Part shown: positions 39,131-53,878 of the stretch, piece by piece | Layout of the letters: every line of letters begins with the position of its first letter | How positions within the stretch are numbered: the stretch's first letter is position 1 | DNA from: Harriotta raleighana | Taxonomy: Eukaryota | NCBI GenBank assembly: GCA_050575255.1 | Contig: JBNZDD010013686.1 | Location: 1,441,114-1,505,113, forward strand | Direction of reading: 5' to 3' | Length of the DNA stretch: 64,000 nucleotides | Notes under the pieces: generated by a model | What the model saw: only the letters and a program-made list of their open reading frames with translations | The model's database searches: none | What the model was told of the DNA's origin: nothing | Translations under genes and position numbers: made by a program

Positions 39131-39278
39131 AGAAATTGAGATACTCTTGTGGGGATGGGGATTGAGATTCTCATGTTGTTCTTTACATGCCTTCACAGTC
39201 TCACCCGACATGCACCATTGCGCTTGCCTTTGGGCTCATGCCTAGAATGCAGAATAATGCTTAATGTTTGCTTCCCAC

Positions 39279-39450
39279 CTGTAAAGCATTGAAACCCTTT
39301 CTTTACTTCAAATGTCTCTTGTCCTGAACCTCCACAATCATCTTCATCATCACAGTCACCGCTTTGCCATGCGTCCTCATTTATATCATTCAAAATGTGT
39401 TCCATTTTGTCTCCATAATGATATCTCTCTTTTGATTTGCCCTGCAACAA
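39279..39450 (-). CDS. GPC3: Glypican-3/5 subfamily penultimate exon with heparan-sulfate attachment sites (equivalent of exon 7)
   Basis: Borders ttccttttag|TTG...ACAG|gtggga, 172 bp. Encodes LLQGKSKERYHYGDKMEHILNDINEDAWQSGDCDDEDDCGGSGQETFEVKKGFQCFT, containing the SG-acidic-GGSG GAG motif. Confidence 0.9.
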
Positions 39451-42400
39451 CTAAAAGGAACGAAAAAAACAGACATTGGACACCAAGATTAGCAACGTAC
39501 AACAATAAGAAAATAACTTTCTGATAGATTTGTGAACTTAATTTATATCCAAAAATCAATATCAGAAACAATCCTCATTTAAATATACCTGTAGTAAGTT
39601 ATGATTACAAAATAAACACCATACCTCCATTTTGAATATATTCAGTACAAAGTACTATACCTTGGGAATAATATAGCAAACATCTGAACGTAAAGAAACA
39701 ATGCAATTTACACTTATATAGTATCTTTCATGCTGTGAGGACGTCTTAAAGTGTTTGACACAAAGATGACATTATCCTCATGTAGCTGCAATCACTCTTA
39801 ATTATAAAGATGGTTTTCAATAGTTCTTAAAAGAATTGACACAAAAATGGCTTCAAATTTGATGCTCTAGAATTTTCTAATTCTGCACACTCTAAAGTGC
39901 TGTGTAAATGGAATAAATGTACATCCATGTGGAATCTCTCACCAAATATATTTTACAGATGATCAGTGTTTAACTTGGTTATAAATCAAATCAAATAATA
40001 GAAGTCATAGAACACAGCAAGTTGTATATGTGTAAATTAAATCAGACCAGGTGATTAAAATAATTTGTTATTTGCACTGTTATTCACACAAACTCTTTAG
40101 TAATTACAGCTTGAGAAAATGATGCAGGTTGCACAGCATTCAAATGACCATTTTCCATTACTTTGAAAGATTATTTAGAGAATATTGAATGCAGTTCAAT
40201 CCGTATATTGAAGTGTTTTTACTAACAGTTAATAAATAACTGGTAAAGGCCAAAGAGTGAAAGCAGAACAACACTTTTTTTATTCTACCTCTATGCTGTT
40301 CATTGCCAGTGTTACTAATTTAAGTTTGATTTACGGTATTGATTAGGGCAGGAAATTTAGACTATTAAGGTGAAATTTAATTCAAGGGATTCTAAAACTG
40401 AATCTCCATTCACAATACCTGCTAACAGTCTAGTTAGTATTATTTAAGATGTGAGTTAACTGCTTCTTAAATTATGCACATCTTGAAGTTTATTTTGCTT
40501 ACAATCATAACCAGTTTAAGTGAAATATAGTGAACCTATATTACACCATCTTGACCAATAAAATTATTTCTGCATGTGCCAATAGCATGTTAAATCTTCT
40601 TGGGAGATGAAGGGTTAAAAGTAGAGTTACAAAACCAGATCGATGGAGTAAGTCATCAGCTATATGGGTATAAGATTAACAAACAACAACAACAACAAAA
40701 TGACACTTGTATAACGCCTTTCACGTCCAGAAGACGTCACAAATTGTTATGTTAAAATCAGGAGAAAAAGGGAATCCTAAGTTAAACGGAAAGAGACATG
40801 AGCTTTTCGCAATATCCTTACAATGATAAGTAACTGCAAAAGCAGATAACACTAAAGCTATGTGCTCTACGTGCTTTTACAACAACCGCCAGAATAGACA
40901 GAAGAATGCCCATACAAGGTTCATATATAGATGACACACTCGGATAAGGAGGCATCGAGAACCGCTTCGAGAACTACAGGGACAGGGTGACAAAATGAAC
41001 AGGCGCTTCGCTCCTTGCCAAACTTCTGACGAACTAGACAGAATCTCTGCTTCCCCATGCTGTGTAAAGGGGTAATACTTTTCCATGCTATTGTTAGCAT
41101 GAGATCAATCTCATGTTTTATATTAATTTTATATTGTCTTATCTTAATGGGTCTTGTTCTTGTACTAAACAAATTGGTCATCTATATGCTATACACATAT
41201 TATCTTTGCAATCAATAAAGCTTTACTATGCCATATTGGTTTTGTTGCGTCCTTACCATTCGAATCCAACTTACAAAATCCCAATAGTCACAAGCAAAGT
41301 ACAGGTGGAATCAATCTTCCATTTTCTTTCCCTACCTGAAGGAACAGGTCTTACCTCTGTATTGGACTTACCCAAACAAGGCAAACAACCTGAAATCACC
41401 TTCTGTGTGGGGATGGGGAACTTTTCATCCCGACGCCGTGATGCAGCATAATAGCGTACACAACATAATCATTTGGAGATGTACGTGTTGCAAGAACCAG
41501 CATTTATCAAACCACATAAACATAAATTTGGTAAATTAATGTAGATGGGTTTCAAAATCTCAATTACGGTGAGATGTGTTTCAATGTAGAGAATGGAAAC
41601 AGGGGAAGGAAAATGAGAATGGGGGAGAAATACTGCAATAACAGTAAATGATTAATTGAATAATAAACATATGTGGCATTTACCTTGTTACCACAATCAA
41701 TAATCATTACACATTTACGCCATAAGTGATTTTCATTAGATTTTGTAAATGCTTGAAAGGTGCAGTGAGCATTCTTCAGGAAGTAAGTTGGACAACCTGT
41801 ACTCAGATGATTGAGAGATCCCAGAAAGGTGTCAATGTGGTGACTTCCCTGACTACTTTTATTGAATAATATCAACTCCCAGTAATTACATTCCTTAAAT
41901 TGTAGCAGTTTGGTCATCCATTTTAACAGTGGTTGTAAAGAACACTTAATAAGCTGAATGCAATATTGATTTCATGAGAAATGAAACTTTGAAAAACTTT
42001 GGAAAATAACCTTGCTAAAACTTTCGCACATATTTTACCTTCACTTTCTTTTAAACAAAACTTTGTTTTCTTTTCATCATTTTATTTTATTTGGAGAATA
42101 TTATCATTTTTTATTATAAACAAATTGACCATTGCCAACCAGCTGAGAAATCTACAGCTATTAAATTTACTCGATTTCTGTCAACCAAATGCATTTCAGA
42201 ATAATCCATTATTGACAAAAACCTAAATGACCTGAGTTGCTGATTGTCCTTGACAATTTTAATTCTCTGATTTGTTCACTGAAAAAGTGGTCAGAAAAAC
42301 CCTTTGTGCTGCTGCAAATAGAAAATATCACTATTAATTAAATGCAACAAACTTGAACTACGAATTTATTGCCGCATTTGTATAGCAGCCAGAAAAGTAT

Positions 42401-45114
42401 CCATGTTTGCCCTTTGCTGAGAGAGCTGCGGGCTACATTTCCCTGCCTGCAAGTTTGTGAATTTTAACCCGACAAAAGCAACAAAACTGCAGCTACTGGC
42501 AGGTTTCAGATTTCTCCCACTTTTCATAGCCTTCAGTGAGCAGCAACCATTAAGGTACAGGGGAGGGACTTTTGATTTCATTGTGCAACCTTGAAAAGCA
42601 AATGCTGCCAAGCCAACTTCCTCTGAAATTCCACACAGGGCCTCAGGACAAAAGACTTAAAATGACAAAGGTGAAGTGCATGATTCCACAACATTAAGAA
42701 GGATCACATTAAACTACTTCTCCTCTTGCACCTTAGAACCTGGACCAAAAACAAACACTTGCTTGAGTCCAGTCCCCAAAATCTCCAGCCACCCACCCTA
42801 AACAACTTGCGAGAATGAGGAGCTGACAACCGCAGGCCTACGTTATTATGTTACTACAAATCCTAAATAATTTCGGGGAGAATTCAGAAGCATGTCAGTG
42901 GCACTTCAAGTCAAGATGTTGCCATACGTTCACACATCTTATTGTATCATACGCGCTGGGAGTCTGAAGTCTGAATGAAGATCAGAAGCTCATAGAACAT
43001 TCCCGAGAATGTCAACTCTGTCTTCACCATGGCAGACATGTAACATTCAGTCACATATGAGAACAAAGAAATCACCGAGACAGGAAACCTATTCTACACT
43101 CTGGCCCAGCAGCTGGTCACTGAGTTTTGTATCAGATCAGGATTTTCTCATACCACCTGTAATTCAACACTACCTCCATACCTGCCACACTAAGGTTAAT
43201 GGTGTGCCTAGTGACCTTCCACCTCAACTCATTGTATCCACTAGTGAATAAGCTGCGTTCCAGAATGGATGATAGGCAACACAATCCTTTAGGTTCAGAT
43301 ACAGGCTAAAACCCCCAAGGAACATTGTAACATAAATCATTTTGGAACAATGCAGGTTCCATATGAACATCTTTGTTTCGTCAACTGTGGAATCACAAAT
43401 GAGAAAAAAAATTAAACTCTAGAGAAGGTTTTGTTTGGTTCAAATTTACAAATAAAAATACTGAATTTCCAAACAACATATGTACTATTTCATATTCAGT
43501 ACTCTCCTGTAATTTCCCCCATTGGAAAAAGTACATCAGCGGAGTAGAAGCTAGCAATGATTGAAACGTGTTTTAGATTTTTTAAATCTCTTAAGTCATA
43601 AGACTGTGACTTCCTTGACAACGGTGAAGCCTGAAATCATCATAATTCTGCTTCCTACATGTTCAGTTAATTTTAATTCAACTAGTTAACATGGCACCAC
43701 TACTATGAGCTTTAACCTTATTAAAAACACATGTGTAACCATGAAAATCCAAATAAATAACAGTATATTCACTTGTTACCACTAGTTTAGACATTTCATC
43801 AGACATGACTTATTGCATCAAGTTCCATTTTGACTATTCCTTTTAGATTTTGATCAGATATGTATTGATGGCATCATAATGCTCTTAGGTTTTCTCCAAT
43901 CTAAATGTTAGGCTCACCACAAAGGCAGAAAAAATCCCAAATAAATATTGGCCCTGATATGCACGACAAGCATAAACACTGATAAACCAGCATTTTTTGA
44001 TAATAATATTATTAGCATTTTTTGATACTGTACAATAGGGTCTAATTCCAAACATCTTGCTTAGAAAGTGAAATACAATATGAAGGTGAAATAAACATAC
44101 CAGCCACAAATGAAAGGGTTGAAGTACTCATTACTGATTTTATATAAATAATTTGTTAACAATAGGTACATATTCTCTTGTACCGGACCTGACACAGATT
44201 TAATAACAATGGATGTTGTTTGTGTGGATGTTATTTGTGCAAATATTCAGAAACTAAAGTCCCTAATTAAACAATTGACTTGAACACTTAATTTAAAGGT
44301 TTTATTTATTAAGCATTCAAACTCCTGCTGTAATTGAATTTAAACACCAAATATATTAAACATGTTATTTATAGTCAGTCTACACCTTCATCTTAATACA
44401 GTTTCACAAATCAAAATTGATGAGAAAGCCATTCTCTGCCTCACTATCAATATCTTTGTTCAAAGAGCAGGGGCTCTAATGAAATGTTTGAACAGTATAG
44501 CGTGTAACAGACTTCAAAGCTACCATTTGCCATTAACTTTCTTACACAGCTGATACTCTGTAATATAATCAAATTGATTTATGACACGCACTACAAACTG
44601 AAAGAGTTTAGTTCCTGCAAATATAATTTAAATGAGTTTAGAGAAAATTTATGAAGGATATTCATTTGATAGCCGTCCATTCTATGTCACTTTTGATAGA
44701 AGCTAAGCAACTGCTTCACAGATCATTTTTGTAGTGAACAATTTCATAGTTCACTGCGTCATACATTGTAAAAGACAGTTTAGCCCTTACACTGCTGAAG
44801 ATATGTTTATGCATTCCAAACATGATCTCTCTGTGAGCAAACAACATGTTAATTTTTTATCTAATTCGATTTTCCCCTTCAGGCATAAAAATTGCATTGG
44901 AAATCGACAGAGTCAATGTATGATGTGGCGCCGTCAATTACTGATATTAATCCATATTTGTTTTTAAAAATGTTCAATAAATTTTAAGTAGACAATAGAA
45001 GGAAAAAAAGCATGACAGGGCAAACAGCGAATTGTTTTGAAAAGCTTTCATTTTACTGTAGTTACAATTCTGTGTTTGCATGTAGATGAGGTTTGCACCC
45101 ACAAACACCCTCAA

Positions 45115-45865
45115 TCATCACATACAATGCCAAGTGCAAAGAGGTCATGGACTTCCTTACCTCCAAAATTGCCTGGCAGTCTCATCCTTATGCCCCAAGT
45201 CACCCACACCCCCATTCCATCTCCCTCACCCACCCTGTCCTCAGCTCCCACTATGCCCACATCCTTTCTCCCACATCCTTCCCCCCAATCGCTCTTTCTT
45301 TCCTCTTATCCACCATCACCACAATGAAACCCACCACCTGATGCCTCGAACACTCCCCCCCCACCCAATTGCTGGTCACCCAGCTTTGCCCACTGCTGGC
45401 AGATATCATTAACCAACCGTCTCCTCAGGATCAGTCCCAATCTCCCTCAAAACTGCTGTCATCACTCACTCCTTAAAAAACCTACCCTCGGTTCTTCCAA
45501 CCTCAGCCATTACCCCCTATCTCAAACCAGTCCTTCCTTGCAGAAGCTTTGGAACAAAGCCTTGTCGCCAACCAACTTCATGTTGGGTCAAACCCTCTCC
45601 TTGTTCCCTAAATCCTCCACTCCACAATCAGCGGCTGTGATTTCAGCCACTACGCCCGGAAACTTTCAAACTTCCTGCCTCAACCCCTTTGCCTCACCCT
45701 GTCGTTTCCCACTTTTAAGTTGTGCCTGAAGACCTTTCTCTTCGGCCTCTCTTAAAGTCACCTTCCCCCTCCCTCTGGCTCAGCCTTTGGCTCCACCATT
45801 GTGAAGCGCTCTGAGATGCCATCCGGCCTGGAGGGCGCTATATAAATGCAAGTTGTTATTGTTGA
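45115..45865 (+). mobile_element. Degraded, internally deleted L2 LINE
   Basis: ORF2 remnants (KCKEVMDFLTSKI, MKPTT, GSVPISLKTAVIT..LKKPTL) joined to the 3' tail gcgctatataaatgcaagttgttattgttg. Confidence 0.8.
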
Positions 45866-46714
45866 AGTAATTTTAATGATGTGTGTTAATTTACCAGTAA
45901 TAAAGAAACACTAAGGTTTGAGTACTATGTTTTCAGAACTGTTCACCATCATACTATGTGATCAGATTATTACAGGGAAGGGAGAAAATACACACTGTTG
46001 GTCTAACTGCTTAAATATTTTAAAGTGGTGACCTGCAGAATTATCAGTCAAAGTGAAAATGCTTTTTTTAAAGATTTTAGATTTCTGGCATCTGCAGTAT
46101 TTTGCCTTTTGAGGCTTTTATTTTTATTTATGCGCTATCAAAGGTTACAGAGATTATCGAGAACAAACTTTCTGTTTCAATCCGTCAGGGAATTTTTCTT
46201 TTTTCTGTAAAGGTGCTTCCTGCAATTTCAAGAGCAAATTTAATTGTTTAAAAACCTTGCAGTATACTCTGTCGCAACTCGCTACCTTAGAATACAAAAT
46301 CAGCCTCTGTCTAATGCTATTGTCAAGGCAGCCAGACTAACTCCTCGTGGAAGTTCAATAGTTCGCATTTAATTTGGTGATCCTAGGGTGAAGAAACAGT
46401 GATAAAACGCAGTTACATTTTAATCAAATATGTTGGAATCTAATCTAATCAACAAAAAGCTTGGGCTGGCAAATCCATTTATATGAAACGGGAGAAATAA
46501 GGGCTCTATCTTACTGACAGGTGTACCCTGAGTAAATGTGCTATGCAGGAGTTTAGGCCATCCTCTGTACTACATTCAGCGTGCTGATATAGCAGTCAAA
46601 GCTGCTTCAATTTAACAGTTCTGATCAAATCCCTATGAGAACAATGAATCAGTTTCTGAACATAATTCTGAATGTCATATAAAGAGAGATAGTTCAGCGT
46701 CAGTGTTTGCCATC

Positions 46715-46940
46715 GTTCCCTTGTTCCTACGGTTTATATAGTAAAACTGCTTCTCAGATGTTAACCTGTGAGTTATTTGGGGTTTTACATCCCCCTGCAG
46801 TGATATCATGAATGAGCAACAGAACTCAACATTACTCATTCATGATATCATTGCAAGGAAACGATTGACATGAAATACTCACAGGGAACAGCCTTGACCC
46901 AGAAGTTTTAGAGCATAAAAGCCTGCAGCACTGGGAAATG
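46715..46940. repeat. Palindromic element with a near-perfect 28-bp hairpin core (46793-46858)
   Basis: tgcagtgatatcatgaatgag pairs with ctcattcatgatatcattgca; outer arms retain cctgtgagt/actcacagg and taaaact/agtttta. Confidence 0.75.
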
Positions 46941-49900
46941 CCAGCAACCTTTCCCACAAATATATCCACATCTAATATTTACTCTGATGAACTCTTCCTG
47001 CTGCTTTTGTTCCCAGTCAAGATACTTAATGCATTCCACATTTATTCCCACGTTTATTCCCACATTTATTTACATTAATTTCCACCTTTTGCCAGGCACA
47101 TATTAAAGTTTCCTGCTTCACACAGTAAACCCTTTTTCATTGTCAATGAAGCAAAAATGTCGCTCTCTTCATTTCCATTGCTTGCTCACAGATTATTAAT
47201 CAAACATTAGCTCACATTTCTTTCCCATTCAAATTAGTGAGAACTTACTTGATCAACAATATTCTGTAAGTCAACAGATCTAACTGTTAAGATGTTATTG
47301 GGTAGGGTTAGCAGGCACTTATTTCCCCTCTTTATTGCATTCTACATTCTAGGTTCCATAACTATTAAATAAATAGGTAAATTTGCTTTAGTCTTTTTGA
47401 GTATTCAATGTTGTGTTTTGCAGTGTGCTAAGACAAACACTTAATTTTTCAAAGAAATGGCGTATTGCAATGCAGTTTCAAAACATGTTGATGACCTTGT
47501 TTCGAGGTACAGTATTAATCTTACATTCCCAGCAACCGGAACACAAATGACAAGGGATAACTAAATACTAATATATAATTATAATCTTTTCAGCAGAATG
47601 GTATAGCATTATTACCTCACTCCATATAAAGGCAACTCAAACATGCTCAACCATGGACAATTTTGTCAGACCAATTAAAGAAATTGTATCCACATGTGGC
47701 TAGAATTATAATGGCTAAAAGTAAAGGTTATCCCTGGGCAGAGCTGCTTATGACTACAAAGCATATTGCAAGATTTCAGTTTAGTTTTTATGAGGTGTCA
47801 AACTTCATTTGAAAAATCCAGCAGTTTCCCTCTCCCTACTTCAATTTCCCATGTGGGTTTTATGTATTGAGAACAGTATGATAGATTGTCACAAACTCAG
47901 CAGGATACTAAAATCTGGTTGAATTCAGAACCAGGTCAAGGCAGATGTTGTCCACAATGGAAATTTTAGAGCACTCCGTTTTTTAAACCATTTACAAACA
48001 TTATGCTGTTAGCAGTAAATAAACTCTGAAAGTAATTTACATTTTTAGACTTGTTTGTCGACAGCTTTTGTAAACTTACTGCAGTTCAATTCACTGAAGT
48101 AAGAATCGTAAAACAAACCACAAAAGGGAAATTTCCTAAAGTTTGTAATCCCTGAACTGTTTATCTTGGATTGCTTGGTTATTACTAATTTCCTGGTTTG
48201 CATAAATTATGTTTCAAATTAACACTCCATTCAAGGTAATTAGCGCTTTGCTGAAAATTCTTTGCAATGTCTAATCGTGCGTTATTAAGTGCCATACATT
48301 GACTAAAACATCAATTTAGATAATTATTGAGGATGGATTTCATTTGAATAAGATAGACAGCCACTGTCCAGATATTGAAGGAGAGGAGCATTGGACATGT
48401 TTAATTGAATTCACATTTAAAGGAGGCTTATTTTGATTTGGGGAATCCTACCTAATGGGTTTTGTACAAGACACCACCTGATTAAAAAGACTGGGGAAAA
48501 CGACAAGATAAATTGAGAAGTAGATAGCAATGCCAAGTTTAAATTTAAAAGCTTTTAAATCGGGCTCCCATGATGGCTCAATTGCTAAAGCAACTGCCTC
48601 ATGTGAAAATGAGCAAAACAGACAGGAAAGTTTAATTTTAAATCCCAACTCAGCTGGAGTGGCAGTGAAGGTTCTCCACTGCCTTCTGTTCTTCATATTA
48701 AAGGAAAAATCTATGTGTCATGGCTTTCTAAATTTTTCTCACAAAATATTTGATGTACGAAGGTTATATACAAAGCTTTTTGGGGCACAATAATTTTCCG
48801 GGGCAATTTTGAAGTTGCTACAATTTAAAAGTGTTTTTACAAAGTTTGGCATCTTTCTGTATTAGTAACACATTTAGCCTTTGAACATAATCTACTCCAT
48901 GCTCAGCATTTATTTTTGAAAAATAAAAGCAACTGATAAACTAGCCAAACAGTGAGAAAGAATTATTATTTGGCATCTCATAGAAAACTACCTGATTTAT
49001 CCAATGGACAGACATGATTTATTTCAGTTTTTAATTTCCATTCTGAATGGATCAATTGTAGGAGAAAACAATGTATATTCCTTAGATCTTCCAAAAAAAG
49101 GAAACTCTTAATATGAATTATGACTTTTTTGACCTGTTCTTCATTCGATAGAAGTGGTATAATTGGCACTAACCCTTAACCAGCATCCAACTAATTAAAA
49201 TAAGCAAAATTGCACTTTGCCTAGTGGACTATCTTGTTTGATTAATGTGTTTATGGAAAAATGTACATGAGTTTTAACTTCACTTGAATTAGCTTTCACA
49301 ATAACATTTATAATTGTAGTGAAAATATTTGGACAAACATTTCTGGACAAAAGTCATGAAACTTCAACAAGAAGCACTTGCAGCAAATTTAGAATTCTCA
49401 CCACTTTGAAGTCAGTCCAAGTTCCTTTTAATTCAGTTGCAAGGATCACTGGTGTGTGAAAACATTTCTTTCGTCATGAATGCTGAGCAGTTCATTTTTA
49501 TTCAGAGGAGATTATGGTTTGTGAGGTAGGCATCTATCAAAGCTAGCTGTCATGCTCTCTGTTTGGAGATCTTTTCACTTTCTGTCATTTTCAACCTCCT
49601 ATCCACTCCCCAACACATTCACAAACCTTCTCTTGGTTGCAAAATGTTTCTTAACACTCATGCAGACCTGAGCCAGACAAATTCCCAAGCCAATCTCAAG
49701 TTATTCATACTTCAACAGTAACATTAGCTGAAAGTGCTTAACATAAACCTTAAATGTTTACGTTACTCTATGATGCACATTTATACTACCCGCAAGCATT
49801 CAAATAGATGCATTTTGATAGGTCACAATGTTGTGGAGAATATAGCATTGCATGTGGTTATGTAGACAATATCCAATTAAACTCTTGCTGATTGAAATGC

Positions 49901-52289
49901 TCACTATACAAGTAATTTAAAGCTAAGAATGATCTTTTATTCTTTCTAAAATGCAATCGATATGCAGAACAAGATACGTCATCTGATTATTTGTGACAAA
50001 AATATAGTATTTCATTTAAATAGGAAAGCAGAACAGATGGGTAAAGAGATGCCACGAGTGAGCAGATGATAATGATATCTGTAATTAAAAATAATGACTG
50101 ATCAAATGACTTGGAAGCTCAAAAGTAGTTGTAGCAAAGGGCTTGTAAAAGGTCAAAACCAAGTCATTTGAACTCACTTGCCTCATTCAAACACATTTTA
50201 TCAATTCTCAGCGAAGTTTGTGGATTGAGTTCCATTTGATGGAGAGATAGTGGGAGAAGGGGGACCTCGTTTGCTAGGTTGGAAGAACATTGACCAAAGA
50301 GAAGTTGATATGGACAAAGCACAAGGAAAACGTCAGAATGGCCCCTGTTTTGTCTGTGCAATAATTCCTAATTTGTGTATCGAGCACTCTAACATGTCAT
50401 GTGTCAAATTAAACGTTAAGAAAATGATGCATGCCAAGGTAATAAAATAACTGTGTGCACTTCTGAACACTGAACATAAACTAGGACAAGCAGACAAGAA
50501 TACTAACATCTGAAATAAAATCGGGCCCTTTCATTATCAGCATTAACTGAAGCAATTTTGCTTTTGTCAGTCAGATAAAAGCTCTAATAAATGGACCAAA
50601 TTGAGCCGCTGTTGTTAATAACTAGATTTTTTTAACAAAAAAGAATCACTGGATTCAATTGAATAAGTACTTCATGTTACCAGGCTTTCAATGCTCTAAG
50701 AATACATCTGTTCTGTAATATCGTTTGTGTCCCTTGCCTACAGATAACTTTCTCTTTACAATTTGTAGCTGAAATAAAAATTGTTAATCTAACATGCATC
50801 AATAAAAAAAAGTCAAGTTACTGGCTAAGACAGAACCATTTTCTCTGGCAATATTCATTTATCATGTCCAGGGTGCCTGTCTGGGTATGATAACATGTAG
50901 AAAAGAACATGAACATTTTTGTCAAATACTGTATTTTGTAAATTGTGAAGACTTCAATAAAACAGTGGATTCAATTTTGTAATAAATTAAATAGTTTCCA
51001 TGGTAACTTTAATACCACGTCAAACATTGGTGACCCAAAGGTAAGGCTTAAGATTATTTGTGCTGCACTTCAGTAGAATGTCATATTTCTTAAACTGCGG
51101 CATTTCTCATCACACAGCACCGTGGCATGATTTCTTTAGAATGAAGTAACCAAAGGTATAGCTCCTGATGAACACTTGTATCTTTCATATAGCAAAACAG
51201 AAACCCACCTTACCCCACTAGAAGATAATTTGAATAGTATACATTTGACATTAATAAAATGATAATTTTGTCATTTTTGGCAAACCTTATACAGTAGATA
51301 CAAGGTTAATCATTTTTTTTTCCAAAAATGTATTTGGAGATATAACCAGCAAATTAAAATATATGGGACCGTATGTTATAGACTATAAAGTGCCATTGGG
51401 TTTCATGTTCTTGTATTAAACTGCATGCAACACTGAGAGTTTTCAGTATTCTCCTCCATTATGTACTGTGTGTTGTTTGCAGCTCTATTATGCTGTACAT
51501 AGAGAAAGATAAATCAATATTTAAAAATCAGAATAGCCATAATGGCTTAAATTGTAGCCTATCTGCAGATGTTTGATACATCTGTAATATGGGGGGATGG
51601 GTAGGTTCAGCTTTAGTGGGTCAGCTCACATACAAACACCATGGAAACAGTTTCCATAGAACTGCCAGCAGTTGAAGGGTTAACAGTCATTTCATTGATC
51701 CCTTCAAATTAGTGGAGATGGACACTAGTTAAATCAATGTACAATTCTGTTAAATGGACAGCTTTTGTGCATTGCCAAAGCACAGTTCCTTCGTCTATAT
51801 CGAAGAATGAATTTTAGAGTTGGTTTATTTGATAAACTGCACAGTTTATATGATTACAGGCACTGGATTTTTGTTTATTTTACACGGTGTCTGAATAATA
51901 TAGAAGATAACAGATTCACCAGAATGTAATCCAATCAATGTGTTTAGATGTTTTATAAACCATGACAGTAAAGTTTAAGTGGTTTGCCATCTGAATCCTG
52001 AGATTAGATTACACTGAAATTATCTACATTGTGTAATATGTCCCTGTATTAAGTGTCATCTATCTGAGGGATGGGTCTTTCTAAGTTCCTAGGTTGCATT
52101 GCTGTGTGTGACCTAAATTCCATCGCTCAGTTCTAGCGTGCATTGTTATCCTGGCTGCTCGCCAGCTTGTCGGGATTTTTCTTGACTTGATACAAAACAT
52201 GTGAATTCTGCCCCTTGCCACATGCAGCTGATAGCCATGACAATTCAGTCCAGGAGCGTAAATTATCAGTTATCCTCGAGCATTATTAA

Positions 52290-52448
52290 GAATAATAATA
52301 AAAATCCTTGTATTTGATATAGCGCTTTTCACGTCTTCTGCACGTCTCAAAGCACGTCACAGAATATACTGTACTGTAAATTTAATTGACTGTATATTCG
52401 TGGGCAAAACATGGGAGCAAATTGCGCACAGCAGTGTCCCACAAACAG
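52290..52448 (-). mobile_element. 5'-truncated tRNA/Deu SINE
   Basis: L2 tail plus gcgcacagcagtgtcccacaaacag core. Confidence 0.8.
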
Positions 52449-52994
52449 ACTCCGAGTGACTCACACATGAGTATGAAATTATACCATTTTATCAAAACAG
52501 GACTTTTAAATCTTAATCCTCAATATCTTCTGATCTCAATTTTAAAAAGTGTCAATACTCAAGTGATGGGAACTGTCCACAAAGTATGCAACGGTAACTG
52601 AGAATTAGCAGCGCGGTGTGTGAGAAATACTTATATATTATCTCCTGACCTTCCAGGAAAGATCTCTGATTACCAACCTCCTGACCCTAAATTAACTCTG
52701 TGTCCTGCTTCAGGCAATTTAAAACCCAGCAACCAAGTATTTCTCTCTATTTCCATGTAAGTATTCCCCGAAGGAAGAGGATCTCTAACTATAGGACGTG
52801 AGAGCAAGTTGAAGGCAGACAAACAGACCCAGGAGGTGAATGGAAAACACATGCGCAGGAAGGTACAACTGGAGGTGACCCTCACCTCAGCACCAATTCG
52901 ATTCAGAAAGAGAAGATAATTTTTGAAATAAAAAGTTGTCTTGTTTCAATCAATACTCGCATTCCTTGAAGTCAATGTCATAGTCTGCAACAAA

Positions 52995-53290
52995 GCCCTG
53001 TAGCTCAGTGGTTAGAGCACTCGCCTCGCAAGCGAGAGACCTAGGTTTGATTCACAGCAGGTCGAAACCTTGGGCAAGTTTCCTTACTCCACACGCCTGA
53101 TAATAATCCCTCAAGAAAAAATAAACATGTCACTTCAATCCACGACTGTATCACTGTGCACAATTGGCTGTCGCGTTTCATCCACCAGTATGCAGTCAAT
53201 TCACTTCACAGTACTGTATATTGTGTGAAGCTCTTTGAGATGTCTAGAAGACATGAAAAGTGCAAAACTGTATTAAATGCATTTATTACT
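52995..53290 (+). mobile_element. Full-length tRNA/Deu SINE
   Basis: gccctgtagctcagtggttagagcactcgcc head, core and L2 tail. Confidence 0.9.
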
Positions 53291-53468
53291 AATATTATAA
53301 AACGTTCAATATATTTGTAACAGGCCATTGTGCTTCAGTTGTTGATGATTTTACCACATTTTACATGGGAATCGCACAGGATTTACCTCAACTTGTCGGT
53401 ACTGCATTTTGTAGGGAAAGATAGCAAGATATAGAAGACATGATTTAGTGAATAAGCAAACTTCATAC

Positions 53469-53589
53469 CTGATTTATGTGTTTCAGTTTGTCAATTATCT
53501 GGCTGATAACTGGTTCTGATCCTTTTACTTTGACTTCAGGGTTGCTGGCTTGAGCTTTTACACCAAATCCTACAACCTGGTGACTGTAT
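53469..53589 (-). CDS. GPC3: Glypican-3/5 subfamily internal exon (equivalent of exon 6); missed by the ORF track
   Basis: Borders ctttaattcag|ATAC...AATCAG|gtatga, 121 bp. Encodes YSHQVVGFGVKAQASNPEVKVKGSEPVISQIIDKLKHINQ. Joins the previous exon in frame (AG+A=Arg) and the next exon in phase 0. Confidence 0.92.
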
Positions 53590-53878
53590 CTGAATTAAAG
53601 GTTAAAAGAAAATGTCAATTGTTTAGTTGAATTCTCTCATACTGCAGCAATTATTTACACTTCAGATTGTGCCACATTGATGAATCAATGAAAGAATTGC
53701 CAGTTTTGATTTAAGCCAACACACAAGTGTTTACTTTGAATAGGAAAAGAGTCTATTTACATTTACATAGAACACCTCATTTTGATCAAAATCCCAGGAT
53801 TTTCTTTTTAAAAAGGGAAAAGAGCAGCTTGAAATCTTAACACTGTGCTCGGCATAGGTCCTGCCCACTTATGTAATA

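Noticed and set aside
46975-47010. CTGATGA motif suggesting a hammerhead or C/D snoRNA box
   Set aside because: No stem II plus GAAA, and no partner box with a terminal stem could be found.
47035-47075. 12-bp unit (ccacatttattc) repeated about three times
   Set aside because: An ordinary slippage repeat with no spacers; not CRISPR-like or otherwise structured.
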